From Octopus vulgaris (taxonomy: Eukaryota), in NCBI GenBank assembly GCA_951406725.2, contig OX597823.1:3658001-3722000 (forward strand): DNA of 64,000 bases. Direction: 5' to 3'. Made by a program: the position numbers and the translations under genes. The notes beneath the pieces were generated by a model. The model had not been told where the DNA came from and did not search any database. It was given only the letters and a program-made list of their open reading frames with translations. Below, piece after piece: positions 25,105-39,425 of this stretch (its first letter is position 1; every line of letters begins with the position of its first letter).

Positions 25105-27325
25105 CATGCATATATGTCTACAAGTTTATGTATGTGTGTATGCATGTGTGGTAAGCAACAGCTTTTGTACAAGAGGTGTAAGTATATCCCTGTCTATTTA
25201 AATGATATCACTGTAAATAAATTGCTTCATGTCTTAAAAATACACATCACAGAGATTATAATATTAATATTCAGCATTTAAAGTATCTTATATATTCATA
25301 ATTAGAATGAACAGACTGAAATCTGACACTTTTTACATCAGCAATGACTTCTTAAGTACCAGTGCATGGCTGGCCAGCTGGTCGGCTGGTTTGATGGTGC
25401 TGTCGGGAGATTGAAGAAAGGTGTACACCCACCTCTCCTCTTCATCTCTCTATTTCTTCCTTCCTACCTGCCTGCTATTCTTCCTGTCTTCGTCTCTATC
25501 TTCATTGATTTGTTTACTGGGCTGTAGTCAAGATGAGAAAAAAGAAAGAAGAGAGAGAGGGGGAAGAGTGAGAGAAAGAGGGGAGAAGGGGAGGAGAGAG
25601 AAAAGTAGAGAGGTAGAAAGTTATGGATCTCGGTGGGGTGGGTTAGTGATGGTGGTTCAGGTGATGGGTTGGTGAAGAATATTCCATGGGAACTTCTGTA
25701 AATGATTTTTGGTGGAAGGACGGAGAGGGTTTAGTCAGAAGAGGAGGAAAAACAGATGATACTCATGGTTAAAAAATTCACTACACAACTACATAGCTGC
25801 CAATTCGATCTCTATACACAGCCCCTGGGTCAAGGGTTTCTGCCAAGGCAGCTATGTGGCAATGTCTTCTGCCATTCAGCTTTGTGACTGAAATATGGTA
25901 AATGAAAAGAATTGACCTCAGCAGATTTGAACTCAGAATGCAAAGAAAAAATACTATAAACCATTTTCTCTAATACACTGATAATTCTGCCGACTCTCTG
26001 CCCTCTCATGATAAATATACAATAAGGGAAGATGACTTTGGAAGAAATATTCTATGTATTTCTCTGTACCAGGGAAAAATAAAAAATTGCCAAATAATTT
26101 AATTGCTGCCTCTTGAATCAAATATAAAGTTAAGTGCTCCACCCATACAAAAAAAAAAAAGCTTCACTTAATGGTTTGGCAACATTACTTTCTAATTTTC
26201 AGCGATTCTTTGTGATTCAAACCCCACACAGAATGCCAACATCAAAAAAAAAAAAAAAGCTCAGAGAGTGATAAACAGTGTCACAATCAGCCAATCCCTG
26301 ATGGCAGTGAAAAACAACTGTTGAGCAAAGATCACACCCAAGCAGAAGCAACTGAAAATAAACCCTTGTAAACCCCTGTAGAGCTAGTGCCAAAACTATT
26401 TCTCTGTTGATCCAGTCAGTTAAAAAGAGAGAAAAAAAATCCTATCTGGTAGGCAGGTCTTTTCTATCTACGAAAGATAACTGCTTCCCTGACACCAAGA
26501 ACTTCGTTTAAGCTCTCTTTATCATCCAAAGACTGTGGGGTGTGGATAGACAATATTATTTGTAGTTGCTAGGTTAAAGTCTACTTTTATTTTTATACTG
26601 AAGCATTATTACAGCTTTTCTCCTCAGACTTTCTCAACTTTTATCATTTGAGGTTGTACTGGTTGAAATGCAAAATAAACAGCATTCTTATCTAACAGGA
26701 ATCATGTAAGACAGAGGCTGGAATTGTGTACCAAAAGCAAATAAGGCTCTAAGAGATAGCAATGGAGATCTAGAAGAAAAGAGATTGAAATAAGGGGTGG
26801 TCAGCATGAGTGTGTGTGTGTGTGTGTGTGAGAAAAAAGATTTAATTGCTGGGATTGTAGTATAAAGAAAGAATATTCAGAATAAAGGATATTATGTTTT
26901 ACAGTAGCATAAAAGAGTGAACAAGACTAGGATATGGCTTAAAATTACAGGAAATTACAGTAGCAAGGGAGTGACTGAGAGTGTGTTGCCTGTCAGGATA
27001 TGGTCTGGTATATTTTATGAGAAACATTGCTAAATATCTGTTTTCACATTTGACACCAAAAGAAATTTGATATGAGATTTTTAGACATTTATATATGGTT
27101 TGAAAGAATGGAAAATCATTATCTACAACTAAAACTAAGAAAAACATGTCATCAGGCAGAACTAAATTAATAATGTTTAGATCTGTACACTTTGTAGTTT
27201 TGTTTTCAAATTTAGAACAAACTCATTATAATGTGTATATACGCATGTCAATGAGTGTGTCTTAAGTCTAGTACCTGTACATACAACACCACCACCATCA
27301 CACACATACACAAAGACTTTACCGG

Positions 27326-27409
27326 AGTTGTAGCTCAGGGTTTCATGTAACTGATCATCAGACAGACAGCTGTCTGATGATTGACAATGTGAAACTCTGA
27401 GCTGCAGCT
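27326..27409. repeat. 84-nt fold-back with a CTGATGA...GAAAC motif in each arm
   Basis: Outer stem of 20 pairs (three G-U on the + strand), inner perfect 12-bp stem and a 4-nt loop. Confidence 0.75.
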
Positions 27410-27527
27410 TTTGAAAACTTTACAGCTTCAATAAAACACTATTTTATGCAGCCTTTGTCAGTTGTGTACCATCTTTTCCTCCTTGTTTTCCACCTATGTT
27501 TTCACATGGGCATGCATGTACACGCAT

Positions 27528-27565
<38 letters not shown>

Positions 27566-27579
27566 ATGTGCATGTATGC

Positions 27580-27980
27580 TTTTACTCTTTTACTTGTTTC
27601 AGTCATTTGACTATGGCCATGCTGGAGCACCACCTTTAGTCGAGCAAATCAACCCCAGGTCTTATTCTTTGTAAGCCTAGTACTTATTCTATTGGTCTCT
27701 TTTGCTGAACCGCTAAGTTATGGGGACGTAAGCACACCAGCATCAGTTGTCAAGTGATGTTGAGGTGGGGGGACAAACACAGACACACAAACATATACAC
27801 ACACATACATATACACATATACATACATATGACTGGCTTCTTTCAGTTTCCATCTATCAAATCCACTCACAAGGCTTGAGGCTATAGTTGAAGACACTTG
27901 CCCAAGGTGCCACACAGTGGGACTGAACCCAGAACCATGTGGTTCATAAGCGAGCTACTTACCACACAGTCACTCCTTGC
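27580..27980 (-). mobile_element. Near full-length SINE family A
   Basis: Matches 40288-40688. Confidence 0.8.
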
Positions 27981-28469
27981 TCTTCCTTTATGCATATTTA
28001 AACATGTCCTTTTCAAATATGTAAATCAATTTGATGATAACTCTTTCATACATACAATGAGTTTCACTGATAAAACCATCAAAACCCAGCTAGGCATGTG
28101 AATCATCTTGGGCACATGGTCCCCCATGACTGGTACAATTCTAACTCATAATCCTAAACCCCACATCCATGTAGTTCGCACATAATAGCTGCACTCCACC
28201 CAGTTAAGGACATGGCTTACACTTTTTGGAGAAAAACCACTCACCTTTATCAAATTAGATGCTCTTTTAGTGTACACTGCAGTTCCTACAAGATCTCACC
28301 CAAACTGCAGTGGTGTCTCTAGAGTGTAAGCCACTTGGTGCAGCCCTTGAGATTCTTGTTCTCCCCCACTTACCTGGAGCCCCAACCTATACAGGCTTAT
28401 GTAGTAGACCCAAAAGTACTACCCTCATAAAAGAAGTGCTCCAGACTGGAGGCTCTTCCTCCACCCAGC

Positions 28470-28750
28470 CATGTTACTGGCCAAAAGGGTTTCCCCTAAT
28501 TTTGTTGAAGCTTTCTTTCCTCATTTCTCAACCATGCCTGCTTGTAAATTTCACATGCAAGTAGCTGAGAATTCCACAGACACATGTACCCTCAACATAG
28601 TTCTCAGGGAGGTTCAGTGTAATACAGAATGGGACAATGCTGGCCCTTTGAAATACAGGTACAACTCATTTTTGTCAGCAGAGTGGACAATGGGAAATAA
28701 AGTAACTTGCTTAAGGACTGAATATACTGGTCCCCAAGTCACATGCCTTC
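28470..28750 (-). mobile_element. SINE family C, diverged
   Basis: Shares its central block with 43430-43595 and 60175-60725. Confidence 0.6.
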
Positions 28751-29491
28751 TCAACCATGACTGTTCTAGTAAAAGTATTCTTGTGGAGAAATCCTTCCAC
28801 ATTTGTTACCCACTTCAAATTTTCCTCCACATATGCCAACCACACTAAACACATCTCCTCAACAAACATCACACACACACACACACACAGCCGGGTCAGG
28901 TGTGGGAACATGTGCTGTTGCAGCATATCATTACATCCATCATTTGCTGGTGTTTGCTCAGGTTGATCCGGGCAACCCTCCAAGTAGTGTCCCAATCAGT
29001 CCCCCCTCTCCACAAGGTACTTCCTCCTCTGCTATGATCATGTAACATTAAACGCAAAAGAGGATTCAGTCATTTTGTGAATCTTAGGGTGTCCAAGCAG
29101 GATGTGTCTCTCTTTCAGCATCTTCTTTTAGTCTGGCCTCATTTTGGGGACACCTGACACCCCACCCCCCGATAGTTTCCATACATTCACACACACACAC
29201 ACACACGATGGTCTTCTTCCAATTTCAGTTGACCAAATACCCTCGCAAAGCTTTGGCTGACCCAAGGTTATAGTAGAGGATATTTGCCTAAGGTACCATG
29301 CAGTGCGACTGAACTCTGTATCAGATGGTTGGGAAGCAAGCTTCTTATTGCCTGCATCTAGTTTAGATATACACACCTATGTATATAGATGTATGCATAC
29401 AAAACTACATACATGCATATCTAAAAAAGTATGTATATACATATGTATATGTGTGCCTGCATATATATATATATATACATATATATATCTA

Positions 29492-30375
29492 CTGGGTGTG
29501 GTGGGTAAATTGTCACCATTTTAAATTGTTAATTTCATGCATACACATTGTTTTTCATTTTGTCAACTACACAGTATAGAAGGGTCCGTTGGGCACCATC
29601 TGTGAGAAAAACAGCACCATGATGCAATTCACTCTGCCAAAAATTTCAAAACGACATGCTGTATTGCTTGGCATTGGTGCCAGAATCTCCAATACAAACA
29701 TTTCAGAGTGTTCAGGTGTCAATCTGTGGACAGTGCAATCTGAGGACATGTACTGAGAGTGATAAAAATCAAACATTCCAGTCAATATCATGGGTGTTTG
29801 GAATGATCATTGGTGATGGCGATATTACGCTTCCATTCATCTTCCCACACGGCCTCAGACTGAACACAAAGGCCTACATCCAGTGCCAGGAGGATATAGT
29901 GCTGCCCTGGGTCAAGAGGCTGGCTACTGGAAGACCCCATGTCTGTCAACAGGGTACTGCACCATGCCACACAAGCAGAAGAACCCAGTCATGGCTGTCA
30001 GGCAATTTCTGCAACCACACCACCCCTAACATCTGGCCACCTAACTCCCAGGCTACAGTCTCCTTCATTATTATGTGTGGGGTGCAGTGGAGCAAAGAGA
30101 CCAACAAAACTCCTTGTAACACCAAAGATGAACTGAAGGCAAGGATTATGGCAGCATTCACCAACTTAAACAAGGAGACTATCCAGAAAAGTTGCAGGAG
30201 ATTCCGAAGTCATCTGGAGGCCATGGTTGAAGCCAATGGCGATTTTATTGAATAAATTTACTCTTTAATATTTCAAGATAGTTTATGTAAATTTGGTAAA
30301 TATAGCTGTTAAAATGAGATATCAGGGTTATTTTTATTTTTGTGTAATTTAGACGACAGTTTATTCACTGTACCG
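29492..30375 (+). mobile_element. DD37D (maT-type) Tc1/mariner transposon, internally deleted and decayed
   Basis: TA-flanked imperfect TIRs. ORF 29656-30255 has QQ(D>G)TAPCH...WPPNS and C-terminal RLEA.VEANGDFIE-like sequence. Repairing the frameshift to SPDCNPLD gives 37 residues between the last two catalytic positions. Confidence 0.85.
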
Positions 30376-31205
30376 TAAGTGTGTGTGTGTATTGGAGAGA
30401 GAGAGAATATATGTGTGTGTGTGTGAGTGTGACAGACACACAAATAGACAAATAGATAGATAAAGAGAGTAAGATAGAGAGAAAAAGACAGATTGCAATA
30501 AAGTCATTAGGGCTATGCTCATTAAAAAGCAATAACAAAAATTCACACACACACACACACAGAGACACACATGATTTTAAAAGAACAGTGTTATATTTCT
30601 AGTGACATCACAGAATTTTTAATTTCTCAAGTTTTTATAACTCTTCTCTTAAGCCTTTTCATCTGGTCTCTATTATTAAAAGGCAACAACAGAATGTCCG
30701 TGAAAACCCCTCCTTTACTCCCCACTTCCAACACTCAATTACTTACGCAGGCACGTGCAAGCTCACACATACACACATTCGTGTGCAAGTACACAAGCAG
30801 CTAAAAAGTGCCCTGAAAGCAGGCGAGTGCTTGCGCTGTTAGTATTTAACAAGATATTCTATATCAGAAGGGTGAAACCTGAGACAGTTTCGTGTTTCAT
30901 GTACCTCTTGTAAATGGAAGTGATATCATTTTAGCATAAAGCACCTAAGCACTGCCCCCCCCCTCTCTCTCTCCCTCTACATATTGGCTGCATCTAGTTT
31001 AGATATACATACCTATGTACATACATATATGCATACATACATATATAAATATATACATATATATATATATATAATAAAATTATATATATATATAAGTACA
31101 TCTGTATATAACTATATACATACCTATACAAATACATATATAACTATATACAATATACATACATAACTACATATATATATATAACTATATATATATATAT
31201 ATATA

Positions 31206-31405
31206 GTGAGAATTTACAAAAGAAAACAAAAAAAAAACAATGACGAAGACGGGTGTGTAAACAACAAATAGGTGTGTTAGTTTAATGCTCGGGAAGTGAG
31301 AAAGTCTTTTATGTTTCGAGCCTACGCTCTTCGACAGAAAGGAACACAGAAATAAACAGGGAGAGAAAATAGAAAAAGGTTTAGTGGCTAGCGATCTATC
31401 ATGAC
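31206..31405 (-). mobile_element. Probable Penelope-like terminal fragment with a degenerate hammerhead-like core (31306-31341)
   Basis: Minus strand CUUU-CUGUCGA-A-GAGC-GUAG-GCUC-GAAAC-AUA-AAAG. Related sequence at 51125-51260 (+) and 50170-50295. Confidence 0.4.
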
Positions 31406-32803
31406 GAATGATACATACATACATAAATACATATATCCCTACATACATACATTCATATTCACATGCACACACATATACAAACACACATACATATACATAC
31501 ATGCATGTACGCATGCACATATGCACACACACATACACTTAAATTTGTTGTTTTTAACTTAAAAGTTTAAACATGTTTCTAATTTCGTTTGAAAATTCCC
31601 ACTGAGATGAGATGCATGATGTCTGATCAGTAGTAATAGTGGTGGTGGTGGAGGTGGCGGTGGAGGCGGCGGCGGTGGTGGAGGCGGCGGCGGTGGTGGT
31701 GGAGGCAGCGGTGGTGGTGGTGGTGGTGGAGGCAGCGGTGGTGGTGGTGGTGGTGGCAGCAATTGTTACATTGTTGACATTGCTGTTGCTGTTGTTATTG
31801 TCACATCAATTTGAAACATGCTTAATTGTAGTTGATAAAGGTGGCCACCACTACCAAAGAAAGGAGTATTTCTGTCGGTTTGAGGTTCATGTTGATGAGA
31901 GGCAGTGGGTAGCTTATCCACAACATGGCATAAAAGAAACTCCCTAATGGAACCATTCTGCAGACCAAATTCCAGTATGGTAGGACATCAGTCTGCATTA
32001 TCTATGTTCCCAAATTTTCATAAATGAGATTATTCAAGGGGTCAAGGCAAAAGAATAACTCTTCTCTAGGGGCTGTTTAAAATCTAAACCAGCAAACAAG
32101 GTAGTAGCACGACAAAGGGTGGAGTGGGGAATAAGGAGGAAGGTCATGCAGGGCAATGCTTTTGGGTCTGCTGTATAAGCCTGTACAGGCTTGGGGTCCC
32201 ATGGGGAGGGGAGAAAAGCTCAAGGGCTGCTCACACTAAATATGGGAGATAACTTTTGCACTGTTGATTGAAAGCTTGGACAATTATGAACATTGTGGAG
32301 TGAGATGTTACTGCAAGTATATTTAATAAGAATATAAAGAAAACCTCCAACACTAGGCACAAGGCCTCAATTTTGTGCATGACTGGTTCTTATTTTATCA
32401 ATTCTGGAAAGATGAAAGGCAATACTGACCTCAGTAGAATTCAAACTCAGAATGTAAAGACAGATGAAATACTATTAAGCATTTTGTCTAAAAAAACGTA
32501 AAAGTGATATGCCTGAATTATGACAAACCACAATATGACAAAGTGTGCAGTATGGACTTACACTCTGCAGAGATGTGGTATATCTCAATCAATGGAACTA
32601 AGGACCACATCAGATCATTCCAGAGAATACTAGACTGGACTGGTACTTTATTTATCGACCCTGAAAGGATGAAAGACAAAGTTGACCTTGGCAGTATTTG
32701 AACTCAGTGTATAGAGAATTGGAACAATTAGTTCTGCTCAATCAAGGCAGACCTGGGGCTAAACAACAACAACAACCCTAATAACAACAACAACAACAAC
32801 AAT

Positions 32804-32852
<49 letters not shown>

Positions 32853-33545
32853 GAATAAATGAACTAATGTAGGAGTCATTATGTGGTCTCTAGACATGCT
32901 AGAAATAACATCCAAATTTGCCTTATATCACACCCTGATGTCTTAAGAAAATAAAAAGGAAGGACATAGTGAATAATGCAGTCTAAGATACACTATGCCA
33001 GATATAACAAAAAAGAAGGGCAGGATGATCATAGTAAGAATGCATTTAAACATAGGTATGCTTGATTAGAACTGACCTGGGGCTAAACTAGCCAGCCACA
33101 CTCAAACTCAATGAATTTATTTTACAGTCTAATTTAACCATACTTTTTCATGCAGAGGGCGTCCCTTAGTAACTAACCTCAAGACAAAAATAACTTTGTG
33201 AATGCCTGGAATAAAGAAAGGGATCCTTTTTAGCTTAGGATTGGTGAAGGTGGTGGTGGTGGTGGTGGTGGTGGTGGTGTGTGCAGTTGACCCTTAGTTA
33301 TCAGGTCAGATCAGGATATGAGGTTAGTTTTTTTGTGTGTGTGTATAGGGATGGGGGAGTATGGTTGGTGGTAGGCGTGGGTGGATTGGGGGTGGAGGGA
33401 AGGTGTATAGTTTGACTCAGCAGTTATAATTGTGAGGGATATTTGTTTGAAGAGAGCGGGGGGGGGGACCATTTGACTTGAGAAACAAAACAGAAAAACA
33501 GAATGGAAAAAGAAACCAAAAAAAAGCTTCCATTGTTCACCACTG

Positions 33546-33580
<35 letters not shown>

Positions 33581-34263
33581 AAGGCAGCAGTTGTTGTCTG
33601 TGTCAACAGTAGCAAGGGTAGTAGTGTTGCAGGTAGGTAATGGTGTTGTTTGGGCAATAGTGGTGGTGGTGGTGGTGGTGGTAGTGTATGACAGGTGTGA
33701 CTTGTTCTGTTGACACTCCTCTTCACCTGTAGTCCAGTCATGTAAAGATCAAGATGTACACAACCCCCACCTCCTCACCACCACACAGCATGAGTATATT
33801 TAAATGTGTTACATGTGGGTGTGGGAATTCGTACATGTTAAAAGTTGTCTCTATTATAAACCACATCAGCCCCCCCACCCCCACCCCATCTCGCCATCAA
33901 CCTCCTCCATGTCCCCACCCCCACCTATATCCCTGCCACAATAGATAACCCCACCCCTTCATATACAAACTCATTGACACCCACACTTGCCTTTATTATT
34001 CTCCTTCTCTCCTGAGGCACCAAATCCGATATTCTGTCCCTTCATTGTGCAGCACCAATTTGAACTTTCGCTGCAAATCTGAAGAAATATGGCTCATCTT
34101 CAGTTGAAGTTACCCTCAATTAGTTGTGGATCTCTCCTACTCTACTGGGCCCAAGTCAATCCCAGATTTACATGTATGCTTGACAGCCCGAAACCACCTA
34201 TAGCCTCAAAATTTAGGGAGCAGACTTCTGGTCACGGTGTTTAAACACTTGACACCATCATTC

Positions 34264-34867
34264 AGTACTTTTTCGTTATCTCACCCCCATTAAAAAATTG
34301 CCATTAAAAAATTAGGTTATCTCCCCATTAGAAAGTTGAGTTTATGTGGCAACAAGAGATTGGATTAAAAGGGTTTGGATCCTTTTGATTCAGTAGTTCA
34401 GTGCATTGTTGATGTTTGGACTCCTAGATAGGCAATGGTATGATTGGTCATAAAAATGTTATTAGATTTGTAGTGGCTTCATGCAGGCATGGTGTGGATT
34501 CGATCCTCGATCCTCGATGACCAAAAAGGCATCTGATAAAGGTAACTACTGTCATTCACAGAAAAAAAACTATCGTTTTACCGTGAGAAAAGTGTTTTTG
34601 GACTGTTAAGTGAAATTTGGCAATTGAGGATTGAATCCACGCCAAGCAGGAAGCCACGACAGATTCAATAAGATGCTTAATCTTTTCAGTTTCCCCATTT
34701 ATTTTTTTCTGCCTTCATGTTTATTGATTTTTTCATTTTTTTTCTTAGTTTTATTGAGGGTTAAACAATTTTTTTAGTTGGGGAAATAACCACAAGTACC
34801 AATGTTTTTCATAAAATGAGGGAGATAACTCAATTTTTTAATAGGGGTGAGATAACCAAAAAGTACC
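34264..34867. mobile_element. Fold-back MITE with about 37-bp TIRs and an internal inverted repeat
   Basis: gtactttttcgttatctcacccccattaaaaaattg pairs with caattttttaataggggtgagataaccaaaaagtacc. Inner inverted repeat 34459-34508 / 34626-34671. No TSD is recognisable. Confidence 0.75.
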
Positions 34868-35386
34868 AAAAGAGTCTTTTAGGAGTGGGGCGACATTACA
34901 AGTGGAAGGCCTTCATAATCTGTTAATGCAGCAGGTTATTATTGCACCAATGTCCTCCTCTCTCTCTACCAGTTGAACTTCACTCTTACTAAAATGCACA
35001 TGTCTCCACAATTTCTAATTTCTACTCTTTGACCCTCTAACTGTCCCAATCTTTCACGCACCATTTCTTCTTTCTTTCAAAAGAGATTAGATTTTCCATC
35101 AATGCTTTAATTAAAAGTTTCCAAGTTGTATTGAATAAGGTACTTTCAAGTACCCTCAATGCTCATCACATATACCACACCTTTCTCGAAATCAATAACA
35201 CCACAACAATCATCTGCCTCAAATTACTCCATTTACATAAAAGTATTCCTCGGTTCCTGTCGGATCCTTTCCCTTTTGAAAGTTGATCTGATATATTAAT
35301 CTTCGTTTCCAGAGAAATCTACTTTCTTGATAACTGAAACAATTATTCAACCTCTAAAATATTTAATGAAATATTTTTAAAAATAT

Positions 35387-35600
35387 ATCATCATCATCAT
35401 GTATAGCCCATTCTCTATGCTGGCATGGGTTGGATGGTTTGACAGAAGCTGGGCAGCTGAAGAATTGCACAGGCTCCATGTCTAATTTGGCATGGTTTCT
35501 ATGGTTGGATGCTCTTCCTAACACCAACCACTTTACAAAGTGTACTGGGTGCTTTTAACACAGCACTGGCAGAGGTGCTTTTTCCATGACCCCAGCACCC
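35387..35600 (-). mobile_element. Old RTE-tail fragment
   Basis: (CAT)n followed by atgctggcatgggttgg...cttcctaacaccaaccac. Confidence 0.65.
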
Positions 35601-35779
35601 ACGAGCCCACAAGATTAGGAACACTCAGCTGGAAAGGGATGTTGGGGACATAATTCTAGTATAATTTTAAATTCAGCGTTTAAAATGTGGTCTCTGTCAC
35701 TATCAACAAAGCAAAAGGAAAGTTAAATAAAAGGAAAATGGTAAAAAAGAAACAAAAATGACATTCCTGTAAAAGTAGG

Positions 35780-36175
35780 TGGAGGCATGGCTGGGTGATA
35801 AGAAGTTTGATTCTCAACCACATGGTTCTGGGTTCAGTCTCACTGAGTGACATGTTGGGCAAGTGTTTTCTATTATAGCCCTTGAGCTGTCTAAAGCCTT
35901 GTGAGTGGATTTAGTAGAGGGGAACAGAAAGAAGCCCCCCATTTATATGTGGCTGAGTTCCTTTCGAGTGTTGGGCCTCATGGAAGCAATGACCAAGACC
36001 TTTGGCATTATGTCATGCTTGAGAAGAAGACCCATTAAGCCGAGCAAAATCGCAGTCATGCCAGATGCAAATGGCACCAGTGCCAATGGCACATGGAAGC
36101 ACCCACTGCATGCTCAGAGTGGTTGGTGTTAGAAAGGGCATCAAGCTTTAGAAAACCATGCCAAAGCAGACTGGA
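35780..36175 (+). mobile_element. SINE family A head followed by the 3' end of the older RTE subfamily
   Basis: 35780-35940 is a tRNA-like head. 35947-36175 matches 14740-15030. Confidence 0.6.
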
Positions 36176-36394
36176 GTAGTAGTAGTGGTGGTGGTGGTGG
36201 TAGTAGTAGTAGTATGAACACCAACAACAATAGCTGCCTGATGCTATGCATTTTATTTTATTTAAATGCTTGTTAAAGAGGTTCTGAAGTGGTTTAAAAT
36301 ATTTTCATTCACAAGTACTTCCGGTTTGATAGAAGTGAACAGGAATACTCCTCACTTAACTAGTGCAGTGTGTGTGTGTGTGTGAGCGTGTGTG

Positions 36395-36434
<40 letters not shown>

Positions 36435-37331
36435 GCATGATAAAAAAAAAGCAGGAATGTCACAAGAATACACAGAAGCCCTGCTACTGTCACTGAGTAG
36501 TGGCATAATGTTATGAAGTAGTGCTTGTGAAAAGCAATCAGTACCACCCATTTGGTGGGTGGTGGTGGGTGGTGGAAAAGTTTATCTAAATACTAGAGAC
36601 AAAGGGGGGAGCTGGGTGAGTGTAATAGATGCATCTCTTAATTGGTCTCATTTTGAAAAATATTTTCAACTTTTATTCTGAGTGCAAACCATTTGGTAAA
36701 CTTTGTGCTTAAAATGTTGCTTTGCCCTTCCATGCTCCATCATCATCATCATCATCATCATCAGACATTTAGTTGCATCTGATACCAATATGTGATTTAT
36801 AACATACACACAAGACCACAAATTTGTAGCAGGGAGTGAGGAGGGGGGAGTGGGATTAAAATCGTTTAAGCTGATCCCGGCAGTTGATTAGTGCTTATTT
36901 TTTTGGCTCCAGAATTCATCATCATCATCATCATCATCGTCGTCATCATCATTGTCAACATCACTGTTTAATGTCTGTTTTCCATTCTGGCATGGGTTGG
37001 ACGATTGAACAAAGCTGATGAGCCAAAAGCCTGCTCAGGCTCCAGTCTCTGGATGTCTTTCCTCACGCCACCTACAAAGTGCACTGGGTGCTTTTCACAT
37101 GACACCAGAACAAGTGAAGTCACCAAGTAACTCGCAAGACAAGACTTCCTCATCTGAGGGGTGTGGGTGATGTATGAAGGTGGCTTTATGCCCGGTAATA
37201 AGAACAAACTCAACCCTAAAGGGATTTGAACTCAGGTAAATTACAAACATTTCTGTTTGAGACTCTACCATTTCTGCCAATTCGCCACATTTAAAAGAAG
37301 ATAGATCCTCCCATGAGAGTTGAACTGCATT

Positions 37332-37745
37332 CAGGGCCAGATTAAGTCCCATAGAAGCCCTAAGCATTTCAAAGATTTTGGTCCCCCTCATATATGTCTA
37401 AATCAAAATATCAACAGTAATAAACCATAAAATAAATTTTCATTTTTCAAAATGAAACAAAACTAACAGTAAGATGGAAAATAAATCATTTTTGTAGACT
37501 CCCACTTCATATTTGAAAAGTTTTGTTCTACTTTCTTTGATTGCAAAGTCTTTGACTAGATCCTCATTATGACACATGAACACTTTGAAATTATATTTGC
37601 AATCATATAAACTACTTCTAATATTTTCTTAGCAAGTTTACAGTGATTTCTTTTGTGCCATAAACCATTTACCATTTCTCTGGTGCCCTCCTTCCCGTGA
37701 TGCCTTAAGCACATGCTCATTTGCTGAATCGTTAATCCAGCACTG
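37332..37745. mobile_element. hAT-type MITE
   Basis: TIRs CAGGGCCAGATTAA / TTAATCCAGCACTG. 8-bp flanks actgcatt/actacata match at 6 of 8. Confidence 0.65.
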
Positions 37746-38849
37746 ACTACATATTTGTCACATGTCAGGCGACCACCTTACTAATTACAACAAGGGACAC
37801 CCTGTCATATGCACATAATGGATATGAAATTGATGCAGGCCAAAATACGGTTAAGATGCTGGTCAATAAAGTACCCCTCCTTGGTGTGTACCGTTTACAT
37901 TCCTCGCACAAGAAAACACCATAATCTCCAATTACTTCGTGTACAGCTGCACTACAGCTGTACAAGCAAAGAATAATGTTTATAAAACCTGGAGGAAGTG
38001 CTTCACCATCGTTCTATCAACTGTGGAGGTGTTTTTCCGGTGGTGAAATGCTGGCGAAAATAATCAGAAGAAAGCAAAAGTGTAAATGATACACATCCAT
38101 TCACTGCACAACCGGCAAATACTGTTGCCTCTCAAATTTCAGCCCCACACCTTTTGATATCTTACCTGAAGAACATCTAATTACTCTTTGGAACTCTTTT
38201 ATCTGCTACCCTTCAATCAAAATGTCTCTGGATGCAGCCCTCCAGCTGGTCGCCCCCCCCCCCTGTCTTGTTTTTTTTACTGCCCAGTTATAGTTTAAGC
38301 TTTAAGGCTGCATACGCACAGACACACACACACACACACATACACACTCAGAAATATATAAACACAGACAGACACAATTACACACAGATCCACACATAAA
38401 CACACATAAATATACACATACACACACAAACACACAGACATAAATATACACATACACGCGCAAACACACATCCACCCTCCTAAACTCCAAAATTCTTCTT
38501 TTCCATGTCATCTGCCTCCCTTACTGCACACACACACTGTCACCAAGTGCAAAACTTCACCCACTTCTCAATAAAACAAGGTGGACCAGTTGTGATTGTG
38601 TCCCTTCTAGTATCTCTAAATAGTACTCCAAATCATTACTATACTCTCGTTTTCTCTCTCCCCTCTCTCTGTCTCCCCCTCCCCCCTCTCTCTGCCTGTC
38701 TGATTCTTTGGAAACACGTGACATTTCCTCCTTCCACAAGACAACAGTTTCTCCACCACTGCTAAATGTCATCCTGCCACATTCACTACTGACATATGTC
38801 AAAGATGAGTGAAACAAGTAAATCAATAAGCAATAATGGCTTGTGATTT

Positions 38850-38988
38850 AGGCATATATATGGCCAGCAATTTTGAGGGGAAGGGAATTAGTTGATACCA
38901 TCGATCTCAGTACATGACTGGTATATTATTTTATTGACTCTGGAGTCAAATTTGCCTTCTGAAAGGCAAAGTTCATTTGGGTGAGATC

Positions 38989-39054
<66 letters not shown>

Positions 39055-39425
39055 GATGATGATGATGATGATGATAGTTTCAAATTTTGGCACAAAGCCA
39101 GCAATTTCAGGGAGGGGGTAAGTTGATTACATCGACCCCATGCTCACCCCAAAAAGATGAATGCAAAGACAACCTCAAGTGAATTTGAACTCAGAAAGTA
39201 AAGACAGATGAAAAGCTACTAAGCATTTATTTTATCTGAAATAATAACAACCAAAATGGTTTCTAATTTGGGAAAAAGTCCAGCAATTCTGAAGGTAGGA
39301 GATAAGTCAATACTGTCAACCCTAGTACTTGACTGGTACTTTATTTTATTGACCCAGGATTGATAAAAGGCTAAGTGGACTTCAGCAAAATCTGATCCTA
39401 AAATGTGAAGAAGTGGAATAAATAC
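38850..39425 (-). mobile_element. Cluster of three SINE family B fragments around (ATT)n
   Basis: Repeated gccagcaattt...gggg...agttgat...gactggtact...ggcaaagt. Confidence 0.65.

Noticed and set aside
31559-31947. Poly-Pro (formin FH1-like) or poly-Gly ORF
   Set aside because: It is a degenerate (GGN)n tract with no flanking domain or convincing splice context, and similar tracts occur throughout the window.
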